In this document: one piece after another, positions 33,522-42,108 of the stretch
How the letters are laid out: every line of letters begins with the position of its first letter
How positions within the stretch are numbered: position 1 is the first letter of the stretch
Position numbers and translations under genes: made by a program
Assembly (NCBI GenBank): GCA_963775425.1
Contig: CAVZJB010000011.1
Location: 96,001-160,000, forward strand
Direction: 5' to 3'
Origin: an uncultured delta proteobacterium
GTDB lineage: Bacteria; Myxococcota; UBA727; VGSZ01
Length of the DNA: 64,000 nt
The notes under the pieces: generated by a model
The model's database searches: none
Told to the model about the DNA's origin: nothing
The model's input: the letters and a program-made list of their open reading frames with translations, nothing else

Positions 33522-33610
33522 CGGAGCGGAAAGGAGCGGAGAGCTCGGCGCCCCGGCGCTCAACTCGGCGCGCGTCTTCGTCGCCGAGCTCGGAGCTCCT
33601 TTCCGCTCCG
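33522..33610. repeat. Long imperfect inverted repeat (29-bp arms)
   Basis: CGGAGCGGAAAGGAGCGGAGAGCTCGGCG pairs with CGCCGAGCTCGGAGCTCCTTTCCGCTCCG except for a 3-nt internal loop. Confidence 0.8.
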
Positions 33611-33958
33611 CCGTGTGGCCGTAGCACCGTCCCCTTCCGGGTGGCTCGGATCAACGGTCCATCGGGCCAGCCCTCGTCGCCACTCGCGGCGCTCTCGATG
33701 ACGCGGATCCACGCGTCGACGCCCCGGGCGCGCACGCGTCCGAGCAGGCCGTCCCGCGCGCCTTGCCGATGGCGTCACCCCTGGAGCTCAGCGGCGTTAC
33801 GACATTCTCGGCGGGACGGCGTTTTTCGCTGACGACGACGTCGTGCCCCGCCGCGAATGTCTACGCCGCGCGCCTTCGGCTCCTCCCGGCGCCGGGCCTC
33901 TCCGCGTAGCCGAGCTTCGTCGACGACACCGAGCTCGCCGCCCCGTCGCCGATGGGGC

Positions 33959-35326
33959 TCAAGGCGCGAACGCGAGCTCCAGGGCCTCGTCGAGGGACTT
34001 CACGCGTAAGACGGTGAGGCCCTCGGGGGCGCGAACGCCGTCGGTGCCGGTGGCGGGGACGAGGGCGCGGGTGAAGCCGAGCCGCGCGATCTCCTCGAGG
34101 CGGTTCTCCACGCGGGCGACGCCGCGGATCTCCCCGGACAGGCCGATCTCGCCGAAGCAGGCGAGCTCCGGATCCAGCGGGGCGCACTTCAGCGACGACG
34201 CCACCGCCAGCGCCACCGGCAGGTCGGCGGCGGGCTCGTCGAGGACGGCGCCGCCGGCGACGTTCACGAACAGATCCTGTCCGAGCAGCGACAGCCCCGC
34301 GCGCCGCTCCAGGACGGCGGCGAGCATGGCCACGCGCACCTGATCGATGCCGGTGGTGGTGCGCCGCGGGTTGCCGAAGGGCGTGGCCACGCACAGCGCC
34401 TGCACCTCGACGAGCAGCGGGCGGGTGCCCTCGATGGTGGCGGCGACGGCGGAGCCCGGCCGCCCCTTGGGGCGCTCGGCGAGAAACAGCGCCGAGGGGT
34501 TGTCCACCGGGACGAGCCCCTCGCCGCGCATCTCGAACACCGCGATCTCGTGGGTGCTCCCGAAGCGGTTCTTGGTGGCGCGCAGCACGCGATGCGGCCC
34601 CGCGCGCGTGGGCTCGAAGGAGAGCACGGCGTCCACCATGTGCTCGAGCGTCTTTGGTCCCGCCAGCGCGCCGTCCTTGGTGACGTGACCGACGAGCAGC
34701 GTGGAGATGCCCCAACTCTTGGCGACCTGCATGGCCTTGTGGGTGACCTCGCGGACCTGCGACACCGACCCCGGCGCCGAGTCGAGCTCCGGCGACGAGA
34801 TGGTCTGCACCGAGTCCAGGATCAGCACGACGGGCTTGTGCGCCTTGACCTCGTCGAGGACGGCGAACAGGTCCGTCTCCGCGAGCAGGAAGATGTCCTC
34901 GTTGAGCGCCCCGAGCCGCTCGGCGCGCATGCGTGTCTGCGCCGTGGACTCCTCGGCGCTCACGTAGAGCGTGCGCGCGCCCTGCTGCGCCAGCCGCTTG
35001 GCGGCCTCGAGGAGCAGCGTGCTCTTGCCGACACCGGGCTCGCCCCCGATGAGGACGAGGGAGCCGGGCACGAGGCCGCCGCCGAGGACGCGGTCGAGGT
35101 CGCCGAGCCCCAGGCGAACCCGCGGCACGTTCTCGCTGACGACCTCGGTGATGCGCACGGCCTTGCTCGCGGGCCGCTCGCCGCGCGCCGCCGACGCCCC
35201 CGACGACTTGCGCGCCCGCTCCTCGACGAAGCTCGACCACGCGCCGCACTGCGTGCAGCGCCCCGTCCACTTGCGCTCGACGTGCCCACACACCTGGCAG
35301 GCGAAGATGGTGGCGTCACGGCTCAT
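33959..35326 (-). CDS. radA: DNA repair protein RadA/Sms
   Basis: CQVCG..WTGRCTQCGAW zinc finger, GEPGVGKSTLL, KNRFG, Lon-like C-terminus. Confidence 0.97.
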   Translation of the reverse strand: MSRDATIFACQVCGHVERKWTGRCTQCGAWSSFVEERARKSSGASAARGERPASKAVRITEVVSENVPRVRLGLGDLDRVLGGGLVPGSLVLIGGEPGVGKSTLLLEAAKRLAQQGARTLYVSAEESTAQTRMRAERLGALNEDIFLLAETDLFAVLDEVKAHKPVVLILDSVQTISSPELDSAPGSVSQVREVTHKAMQVAKSWGISTLLVGHVTKDGALAGPKTLEHMVDAVLSFEPTRAGPHRVLRATKNRFGSTHEIAVFEMRGEGLVPVDNPSALFLAERPKGRPGSAVAATIEGTRPLLVEVQALCVATPFGNPRRTTTGIDQVRVAMLAAVLERRAGLSLLGQDLFVNVAGGAVLDEPAADLPVALAVASSLKCAPLDPELACFGEIGLSGEIRGVARVENRLEEIARLGFTRALVPATGTDGVRAPEGLTVLRVKSLDEALELAFAP

Positions 35327-35415
35327 ACGAGGACATCCGCGCGACCCCGCCGCAATTTGCGCACCCGCCGGCGGATCTCATCGCGACAGGTCGGGCGGGG
35401 ACGCGTGCGCGCCGC

Positions 35416-35898
35416 TCAATGGCTGTGGGCGCCGGGGCCGTGGATGTGGCCGTGCTTCATCTCGTCGGCGGTGGCCTCGCGGACGTCGTTCACGGTGACC
35501 TCGAAGGTCAGCGTCTTTCCCGCGAGCTCGTGGTTGAAGTCGAGCGTGATGGTCTTGCCGTCCATCTCGGTGATGCGCGCGGGGACCTCGGTGCCGTCGG
35601 GCGCGGTGGCGACGATGTGGTCGCCGACGTCGTACTTGCCCTGGGGGAACTGGGACTTGGGCACGGCGTGCACGCGGCTCTTGTCGTACGTCCCGTAGCC
35701 GTCCTCGGGCGAGACCACGCACTTCTTCTGCGCGCCCTTCTCGAGGCCCTCGAGCTGCGCCTCGAGGCCGGGGATGATGTTGCCGGCGCCGTGGAGGTAC
35801 CACAGGGGCTCGCCCTTTTCGGAGAAGTCCACGACCGTGCCGTCGTCGATGGTGAGCTTGTAGTCGAGCGCAACGGCGCACTTCTTCGCGACTTGCAT
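35416..35898 (-). CDS. slyD: FKBP-type peptidyl-prolyl isomerase SlyD
   Basis: YLHGAGNIIPGLE, DFNHELAGKTLTF, REATADEMKHGH, His-rich tail. Confidence 0.93.
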   Translation of the reverse strand: MQVAKKCAVALDYKLTIDDGTVVDFSEKGEPLWYLHGAGNIIPGLEAQLEGLEKGAQKKCVVSPEDGYGTYDKSRVHAVPKSQFPQGKYDVGDHIVATAPDGTEVPARITEMDGKTITLDFNHELAGKTLTFEVTVNDVREATADEMKHGHIHGPGAHSH

Positions 35899-35978
35899 GG
35901 GAGCTCCTTGTCCGCTCGGGGTACGGAATCGCCCTCGCCCGGTCAACCCAGCGAGCGCGGCGTTTGTCGGCGCGGCGC

Positions 35979-36521
35979 TCAAAACAGCAGGAGCCGCGTG
36001 AACCACGCCGCGGCGAGGAGCCCCGCGAGGTCGCCGATGAGCCCCGCCCACAGCGCGTGCCGGATGCGCTCGATGCCGACGGAGCCGAAGTAGACGGCGA
36101 GGATGTAGAAGGTGGTGTCGGCGGCCCCCGACATCACCGCCGCCGTCGTGGCCGGGACGCTGTCGGCGCCGTGCGTCTTCATGAGCTCCACCATCACGCC
36201 GTCGGCGCCGCTGCCCGACAGCGGACGCACGAGCATCATCGGCAGGGTCTCCGCGGGGACGCCGATGAACGACAGCGCCGGGCCGAGCGCGTGCGCGAGC
36301 AGGTCGAGGAGGCCGGCGCCGCGCACCATGCCGACCGCGACGAGGACGGCGACGAGGTACGGGATGATCCGCACCGCGGTCTCGAAGCCCTCCTTGGCGC
36401 CCTCGACGAAGACCTCGTACACCTTCACCTTGCGCACCGCGCCGGCGACGACGATCACCACGATGACGACGGGGATGGCCCAGTCGGCGACGACGTCGGC
36501 GACCGAGCGCAGGACGTTCAC
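35979..36521 (-). CDS. spmB: SpmB-family (Gate domain) membrane protein
   Basis: VYEVFVEGAKEGF, RPLSGSGA, DTTFYILAVYFGSVGI; GTG start overlaps the spmA stop. Confidence 0.9.
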   Translation of the reverse strand: MNVLRSVADVVADWAIPVVIVVIVVAGAVRKVKVYEVFVEGAKEGFETAVRIIPYLVAVLVAVGMVRGAGLLDLLAHALGPALSFIGVPAETLPMMLVRPLSGSGADGVMVELMKTHGADSVPATTAAVMSGAADTTFYILAVYFGSVGIERIRHALWAGLIGDLAGLLAAAWFTRLLLF

Positions 36522-37222
36522 GGCGCCCCCGCGGCGTCGTCGTCGTCGCCCGCGGGCGCCGCGGCCGCCGGCGCCGGCGCGGCGGCCTCGGGGGCGGGCG
36601 CGCCGGGCAGGGGGTAGCGACGCTGCAGCAGGCGCGCGGCGACGAAGGCGACGATCATGCCGCAGCCGGTGGCCAGGATGGTCGGCAGCACGATGTTCGT
36701 CGCGGCGGAGCTCCCGTTGGCCAGGCGCAGCGCGATGGTCCGCGCGGGGATGAGCGTGATGTGCGTGGTGTTCAGGGCGAGGAAGAGCACCATGGCGTTG
36801 GTCGCCGTCTTCTTCTCCGGGTTCAGCTCCTGCAGGCGCTTCATGGCCTCGAGGCCGAGCGGCGTGGCGGCGTTGCCGAGCCCGAGCAGGTTCGCGGACA
36901 TGTTCATGACGATGGCGCCCATGGCCGGGTGCTCCGGCGGCACGTCGGGGAACAGCCGGACCAGGACCGGCCGCAGGACGCGCGCGAGGAGCGCCACCAG
37001 CCCGGCCCTCTCGGCGACGCGCATGAGGCCCATCCACAGCGCGAGCACGCCGACGAGGCTGAGGGCGAGCTTGGCCGCGTCGGACGCCGAATCGAGCGCC
37101 TTCTGCGTCACCCCCTTCATGGCGCCGCCCTCGATCGCCTGGGGGAACAACGACGGCCAGACGTCATGCAGGCCCGCCGCGAGCACGGCTGCGCAGAGCA
37201 ACGCGACGAAGACGCGGTTCAT
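36518..37222 (-). CDS. spmA: SpmA-family (Gate domain) membrane protein
   Basis: LWMGLMRVAE, LFPDVPPEHPA, ANLLGLGNAATPLGLEAM. Confidence 0.92.
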   Translation of the reverse strand: MNRVFVALLCAAVLAAGLHDVWPSLFPQAIEGGAMKGVTQKALDSASDAAKLALSLVGVLALWMGLMRVAERAGLVALLARVLRPVLVRLFPDVPPEHPAMGAIVMNMSANLLGLGNAATPLGLEAMKRLQELNPEKKTATNAMVLFLALNTTHITLIPARTIALRLANGSSAATNIVLPTILATGCGMIVAFVAARLLQRRYPLPGAPAPEAAAPAPAAAAPAGDDDDAAGAP

Positions 37223-37293
37223 ACCGGCGCGATCGTAGGCAGTCTCAAGCGCGCTCTCGAGTTTTTGGCCGGTCCACAGTACGTTCGGCCTCC

Positions 37294-38118
37294 ATGAAAG
37301 CCCGCCTCGCCACCGCGGCCTTCTTCGTCGTCATCGGCATCCTGCTGCCGGTGGTGGCGGTGGCCAAGCGCGGCCCGCCCTGGGGCTTCCGCGGTCACGA
37401 CGCGGTCCTCCTCGAGGCCACCGGCGACGTCGAGATCATGGCCTCGGAGCAGCGCCGCCAGCGCGAGAAGCGGGAGGACGCCGCCCTCGAGCCCAAGGCC
37501 GGCCTGTTCCTCGACGCCGGCGACGAGGTGCGCGTGTCCCGCTACGGGCAGGCCCGGCTGCGCACCCCCACCGCCGACCTCGTCGTCGGCGACGCGGCGG
37601 ACGTGGTCCTCGGCGACAAGGACGTCACCATCACCCGCGGCATCGTCGACGTGCGCCTGCCGGGCGGCACCACGCCGTTCGAGGTGAAGGCCGCGGGCGT
37701 CGCGGGCAAGCTGACGCTCCGCCCGGGCGGCGGCGAGGGCGGCGCCGTGCGCGTGCTCGTCGACGGCTCCGGCGCGCTGCGCGCGCTGGTGCAGAGCGGC
37801 TCCTGCGAGGGGACGGCGCCGGGCGGCGACGAGATCGCCGAGAGCGGCCGCGTCGTCGTCGTCGGGCCGGACAAGAAGCCGCGCGTGGAGGCGAAGCCCA
37901 CGGCGCTGGCGCTGACCCCCCGCTGCGACGGCAAGAAGCTCACCGTCGACGTCCCCGCCGGCGCGCAGGTGTTCGTGGGCGCCAAGGTGAGGTACCCGAA
38001 GGACGGCCAGGTCGTCGTCGACGTCGCGGGCGGCAAGGTCCCGGTGTTCGCCCGCGACCTCGCCGGGGACACCGCGCGCGTCGAGGCCGACTGCACCCAC
38101 GCGACGAAGACGAAGTAG
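37294..38118 (+). CDS. Exported protein with FecR-like beta domain
   Basis: N-terminal hydrophobic anchor; LDAGDEVRVSRYGQARL pattern; VQSG motif. Confidence 0.6.
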   Translation: MKARLATAAFFVVIGILLPVVAVAKRGPPWGFRGHDAVLLEATGDVEIMASEQRRQREKREDAALEPKAGLFLDAGDEVRVSRYGQARLRTPTADLVVGDAADVVLGDKDVTITRGIVDVRLPGGTTPFEVKAAGVAGKLTLRPGGGEGGAVRVLVDGSGALRALVQSGSCEGTAPGGDEIAESGRVVVVGPDKKPRVEAKPTALALTPRCDGKKLTVDVPAGAQVFVGAKVRYPKDGQVVVDVAGGKVPVFARDLAGDTARVEADCTHATKTK

Positions 38119-38120
38119 CC

Positions 38121-38744
38121 GTGGCCAAGAAAGACCGGTTCGTCCCCAAGGGGAACGCCCGCTACGACCGCCACGATCACTACTTCAAGAAGGCCCGCAA
38201 GGAGGGCTTCGCGGCGCGCTCCGTCTACAAGCTCGAGGAGATCGACCACGAGATGCACCTGATCGCGCCCAAGGACCGCGTCCTCGACCTGGGCTCCGCG
38301 CCCGGCTCGTGGCTGCAGTACGTCGACGACAAGCTGAAGACGGGGACGGCGCTCGGCATCGATCTGTTGCCGGTGAAGGCGGGGCTGTCGGGGAAGGTGG
38401 AGGTCCTCGTGGGCGACGTCTACGAGACCCCGCTCGAGGAGCGCGGGCCCTTCGACGTGGTGCTGTCGGACATGGCGCCGAACACCACGGGCATCCGCAC
38501 CGTCGACCAGGCGCGGAGCCTGGCCCTGTGCGAGCGCGCCCTCGAGATCGCCGAGCAGGCGCTCGCCCCTGGCGGGAACATGTGCGTGAAGATCCTCGAG
38601 GGCGGGGACATGAAGAGCTACCTCGAGGCGTGCAAGAAGGTCTTCGAGACGGTGAAGGTGAGGCGGCCGAAGAGCACGCGGGCGGGGTCCACGGAGACGT
38701 ACGTGATCGGGCTCGACAAGCGCCCGCGGCGCGTGCGCCCGTAG
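38121..38744 (+). CDS. rlmE: 23S rRNA Um2552 methyltransferase RlmE/FtsJ
   Basis: DHYFKKARKEGFAARSVYKLEEI, VLDLGSAPGSW, VLSDMAPNTTG, PKSTR..S.E.Y. Confidence 0.95.
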   Translation: MAKKDRFVPKGNARYDRHDHYFKKARKEGFAARSVYKLEEIDHEMHLIAPKDRVLDLGSAPGSWLQYVDDKLKTGTALGIDLLPVKAGLSGKVEVLVGDVYETPLEERGPFDVVLSDMAPNTTGIRTVDQARSLALCERALEIAEQALAPGGNMCVKILEGGDMKSYLEACKKVFETVKVRRPKSTRAGSTETYVIGLDKRPRRVRP

Positions 38745-38775
38745 AGCGGCCGCGCTCGCCGCGCTAGCGTCGGGC

Positions 38776-39141
38776 ATGCTCTACGCCGGCCTGCCCATCC
38801 TGGTCCTCGGCCTCATCATGATGTTGCGGGGGTGGATCTACACCCTGAGGCCCAACGGCCGGATCGCCGAGCGCCGCAAGCGCCGCAACCTCAAGGTCGG
38901 CTTCACCACGGACATGAAGCTCTTCGGCAGGAAGATCCGCCGGCTCGGCCTGATGATCGCGCTGGCCGGCGGGGGGCTCGTCGGCTGGCATCTGTCGCGG
39001 GGCCACGACGTCCCGGTTGCCCCGTCGGCGCCGGCCCCGTCGGCCCCGTCGGCCCCGTCGGCCCCGGCCCCGTCGGCGCCCTCCGCGGCGGCGGCCCCGG
39101 CGGCGACACCTGTGCCGGCCCCCGGAACGCCCGCGCCGTGA
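38776..39141 (+). CDS. Small two-TM hypothetical protein with Pro/Ala/Ser tail
   Basis: Two hydrophobic segments; PSA repeats. Confidence 0.65.
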   Translation: MLYAGLPILVLGLIMMLRGWIYTLRPNGRIAERRKRRNLKVGFTTDMKLFGRKIRRLGLMIALAGGGLVGWHLSRGHDVPVAPSAPAPSAPSAPSAPAPSAPSAAAAPAATPVPAPGTPAP

Positions 39142-39210
39142 AGCGAGATCCCCTCGAAGCCGCGGCGGCCTCTTGACCTCTCACCGGCTCGCGTGCACAG
39201 TCCGCGGCGC

Positions 39211-39286
39211 GCCCAGATAGCTCAGCTGGTAGAGCAGTGGACTGAAAATCCGCGTGTCGCTGGTTCGATTCCGGCTCTGGGCACCA
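39211..39286 (+). tRNA. tRNA-Phe (GAA)
   Basis: GCCCAGATAGCTCAGCTGGTAGAGCAGTGGACTGAAAATCCGCGTGTCGCTGGTTCGATTCCGGCTCTGGGCACCA. Confidence 0.97.
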
Positions 39287-39295
39287 ACAAGACTC

Positions 39296-39331
39296 AAGGA
39301 CGCCGCGGGTTCACGCCTGCGGCGTTCTTTT
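39296..39331 (+). terminator. Intrinsic terminator after tRNA-Phe
   Basis: Stem AAGGACGCCGCGGG/CCTGCGGCGTTCTT followed by a T tract. Confidence 0.75.
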
Positions 39332-39389
39332 GTGGGACCGAGGTGTCGATCCGCGGTGGGCTCGTTCGTCGTCAGCCAAGGAGGACGCG

Positions 39390-40130
39390 ATGCGATTCAT
39401 GGTGATGCACAAGCACGACAAATCCACCGAAGCGGGCGGGCGGCCGAGCCCGGAGTTCATCGGGAAGATGGGAGCGCTCATCGGGGAGCTCATCGAGTCC
39501 GGCGTGTTCGAGGACGGCGCCGGGCTGGGAAGGAGCGCGACGCGCACCCGGCTCACGTTCAAGGGCGGTGAGCGCACGCTGCTCGAGGGACCCTACGCGG
39601 GCTCCGACAACGAGCTCGTCGCCGCGTTCCAGCAGATCACCGTGACGTCGCGCGCCGAAGCCGTCGAGTGGGCTTCCCGGCTCGGCCGCGTCCTCGGCGA
39701 CGCCGAGATCGAGGTCGGGAAGACCACCGAAGAGTGGGACCTCGGTCTCGCGCCGGAGCCGCCGAACGCGCCGCAGCATTACCTCGTGCTCCAGAAGGCG
39801 ACGAAGGCGTCCGAGGCCGGTGAGGCGCCGAGCGCCGCAGTGCGCGACGCCGTCGACCGCGTGCAGAAGGAGATGGCGGACGCCGGCGTGCTCACGAGCG
39901 CCGCGGCGCTCACGCCCTCGTCGCGCGCGACCCGCATCCACATGAACCGCGCGGGCAGGAGGGACGTCATCGATGGGCCGTTCGCGGAGTCGAAGGAGCT
40001 CATCGGCGGCTTCGCGATCCTCGATCTGCCGTCGAAGGACGCGGTGCTCGACTTCGCGTGGCGCTATGGCGGTCTCATGCTCGAGAGCGTCGAGACGCTC
40101 GAGATGGACATCCGCCCGGTCCGCGAGTAG
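39390..40130 (+). CDS. Tandem YciI/DGPF-family protein
   Basis: AAGGAGG RBS; two domains ending EGPYAG..ELVA and IDGPFAESKELIGGF. Confidence 0.85.
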   Translation: MRFMVMHKHDKSTEAGGRPSPEFIGKMGALIGELIESGVFEDGAGLGRSATRTRLTFKGGERTLLEGPYAGSDNELVAAFQQITVTSRAEAVEWASRLGRVLGDAEIEVGKTTEEWDLGLAPEPPNAPQHYLVLQKATKASEAGEAPSAAVRDAVDRVQKEMADAGVLTSAAALTPSSRATRIHMNRAGRRDVIDGPFAESKELIGGFAILDLPSKDAVLDFAWRYGGLMLESVETLEMDIRPVRE

Positions 40131-40424
40131 CGGCGCTCGCGGCGCCGCGCGCCCACCGGCGCGGCGCCGTCGGCGATTCCATCGTCACGTTCACGCCGGG
40201 CGCCGCCTTCGCCTGGCCGGCGCTCGGACGCGGGCGCGGAGGGCGGCGCTGCCCTGTCCTCGCTCGATCCGCGTCGTCGCCGGCCTCGCGCTCGCCGCCG
40301 TCGCGTCGTCGTGCACGCCGGTCCCGCTCGCGCTCACGCACCGCGCGACCGGCGCCGTCGTGGCGAGCACGCAGGCGTCGGGCACAATCGTCACCCTCCC
40401 CGTCACCGTCACCGTCGGATCTCG

Positions 40425-40821
40425 GTGAGCGCAGAGGAGCGGGGGCTGCGCGACGAGTCCGTCCTCGCGCGCGAGGGGTTCGCGCTCCCGCCGCCCCTCT
40501 TCGCCGCCGGGACGCGGGTCACCGAGGTCGGGGACAAGAACTTCCGCCTCGAGCGCGAGCGCGTCGAGGCGCCTCAAGGTGGTCCCCGAGGAGCTGTTCG
40601 CGGCGTGGGTGGACGAGGGCACGGTGGTCGTGCCGGGCGAGCGCGACGACAAGGTCGTCGTCTCCGCGCTCGTCGACGCGTGGACGCAGGAACCCGGGGA
40701 CACGCTCGCCGACGCCGTGAACGCGCTCACGCGCGCGGCGCACGTCGTCCCGGCGTGGAGCCTCTCGGTGCGCGAGGAGCTCGAGCGCGCGGCCGGGGAG
40801 ATCGTGATGGCGGTTCGGTAG
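40425..40821 (+). CDS. Hypothetical protein (~131 aa) interrupted by one extra C at 40572-40573
   Basis: Removing one C joins ..RERVEA to LKVVPEELF..; both halves have coding-type GC3. Confidence 0.5.
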
Positions 40822-40901
40822 CCGCCTGCCGGACCAACGCACGGTCCGGCATTTTCTTTGAGTTGAGCGAGGTCTGCTGAGGTCGTCCTCGAGCACGACC
40901 T

Positions 40902-41645
40902 TCAGCGTCGCTTCGGCCCGCGCGCCATACAGATGGCCAGGTATCGCTGGATCACGTCGGCGAGACCTGTATCGATGCTTTCAACCACCAGCGCGTGTCC
41001 TATGGATACTTCGAGGATGCCTGGAATCGTCAGGAATCGACCCAGGTTGTCGAGATTGAGATCATGGCCGGCGTTGACCCCGAGGCCGACCGCCTGTGCC
41101 CGTTGCGCTGATTCATGGAATGCATCCAGCAGAGGCTGTTCCCGTCCGGCCTCGAAGGCGTTGGCGTAGGGCTCGGTATACAACTCGACGCGATCGGCCC
41201 CCAGATCGCGGATGGACTCCAGCTCGTTGGTGTCGTGGTCCACGAACAGGCTCACCCGGATGCCGCGGTCCCGAAGGGACCCGATCACACGTCGAAGAAG
41301 CGCACGGTGGTCCACCACCTTCCAGCCGTGGTCCGAGGTGATCTGTCCGGGGGAGTCCGGCACCAGTGTGCATTGCGCCGGCACTGTCTCGAGCACCACC
41401 TCGAGGAACTCGTCGCCCGGATAGCCCTCCACATTCAGCTCCACACCGCGGTCGTCACAGATCGACTTCAGCGTGGACACATCCGAGTACCGTGCGTGCC
41501 GTTGGTCTGGTCGTGGATGCAACGTGATGCCGTTCGCTCCGAAGTCGATGCACCGGTTCGCGAAATTGGCCACGCTCGGATAGTCACGTCCCCGAGCGTT
41601 GCGCAGGAGAGCGATTTTGTTGATGTTAACGGATAGGTTGGTCAT
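40902..41645 (-). CDS. pdxJ: Pyridoxine 5'-phosphate synthase
   Basis: LSVNINKIALLRNAR, ITLHPRPDQRH, NVEG, ELYTEPY, VNAGHDL, EVSIGHAL. Confidence 0.96.
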   Translation of the reverse strand: MTNLSVNINKIALLRNARGRDYPSVANFANRCIDFGANGITLHPRPDQRHARYSDVSTLKSICDDRGVELNVEGYPGDEFLEVVLETVPAQCTLVPDSPGQITSDHGWKVVDHRALLRRVIGSLRDRGIRVSLFVDHDTNELESIRDLGADRVELYTEPYANAFEAGREQPLLDAFHESAQRAQAVGLGVNAGHDLNLDNLGRFLTIPGILEVSIGHALVVESIDTGLADVIQRYLAICMARGPKRR

Positions 41646-41784
41646 CGGATTCGTACTCGAGAGGCACGGTTTTATTGCAGATACAGGATGAAGTCCACCG
41701 GGTCCCGGCCGATGTCCGGACTGCGGCGCAGTCCGGTGCTCCCGCCCGCCGCCAGGACGAATTCGTGCTCTCCTTCGGGCCGTG

Positions 41785-41855
41785 TCATGAACAAGTCGAT
41801 CACGATCGGAGGTCGATCCCCGATTTCGGCGCCGACGCGATCGACTTGTTCATGA
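41785..41855. repeat. Inverted repeat with perfect 17-bp arms
   Basis: TCATGAACAAGTCGATC ... GATCGACTTGTTCATGA; pairing continues inward with a bulge. Confidence 0.8.
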
Positions 41856-41975
41856 GGCACTGCTGCGTGGATGAATCACGTAGTTCCAGTTGCCGTGAAA
41901 TGCATTTCGCTCGATTCGGAGCGCGGCCATGACCTCGTCCGGTATCTCGACGCCGGTCGGATGCTCGATCTTGTT
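41850..41975 (-). pseudogene. C-terminal remnant of an ISAzo13-family transposase
   Basis: NKIEH joined to PTGVEIPDEVMAALRIERNAFHGNWNYVIHP; NKIEH and FHGxWNY are ISAzo13 hallmarks and the segment between them is missing. Confidence 0.75.
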
Positions 41976-42108
41976 CGCGGAAGAACCGCGTCGACGAGGT
42001 GGGCAGCGCAGTCCGCGGCGCGCCGACCGGTGCATGACGGGCACACCGCGCGCCGCTTGCACGGTCGTGGTCGGCGTGCTCGCGTTGTTCGTCCTCAAGT
42101 AGCGCCGC

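Noticed and set aside
35979-37222. spmAB as evidence of endospore formation
   Set aside because: SpmA/SpmB homologues are widespread in non-sporulating bacteria.
41785-41855. Integron attC site
   Set aside because: It has AAC...GTT ends and a bulged stem, but the boxes do not fit RYYYAAC/GTTRRRY, there is no unpaired spacer, and I found no second site or integrase.
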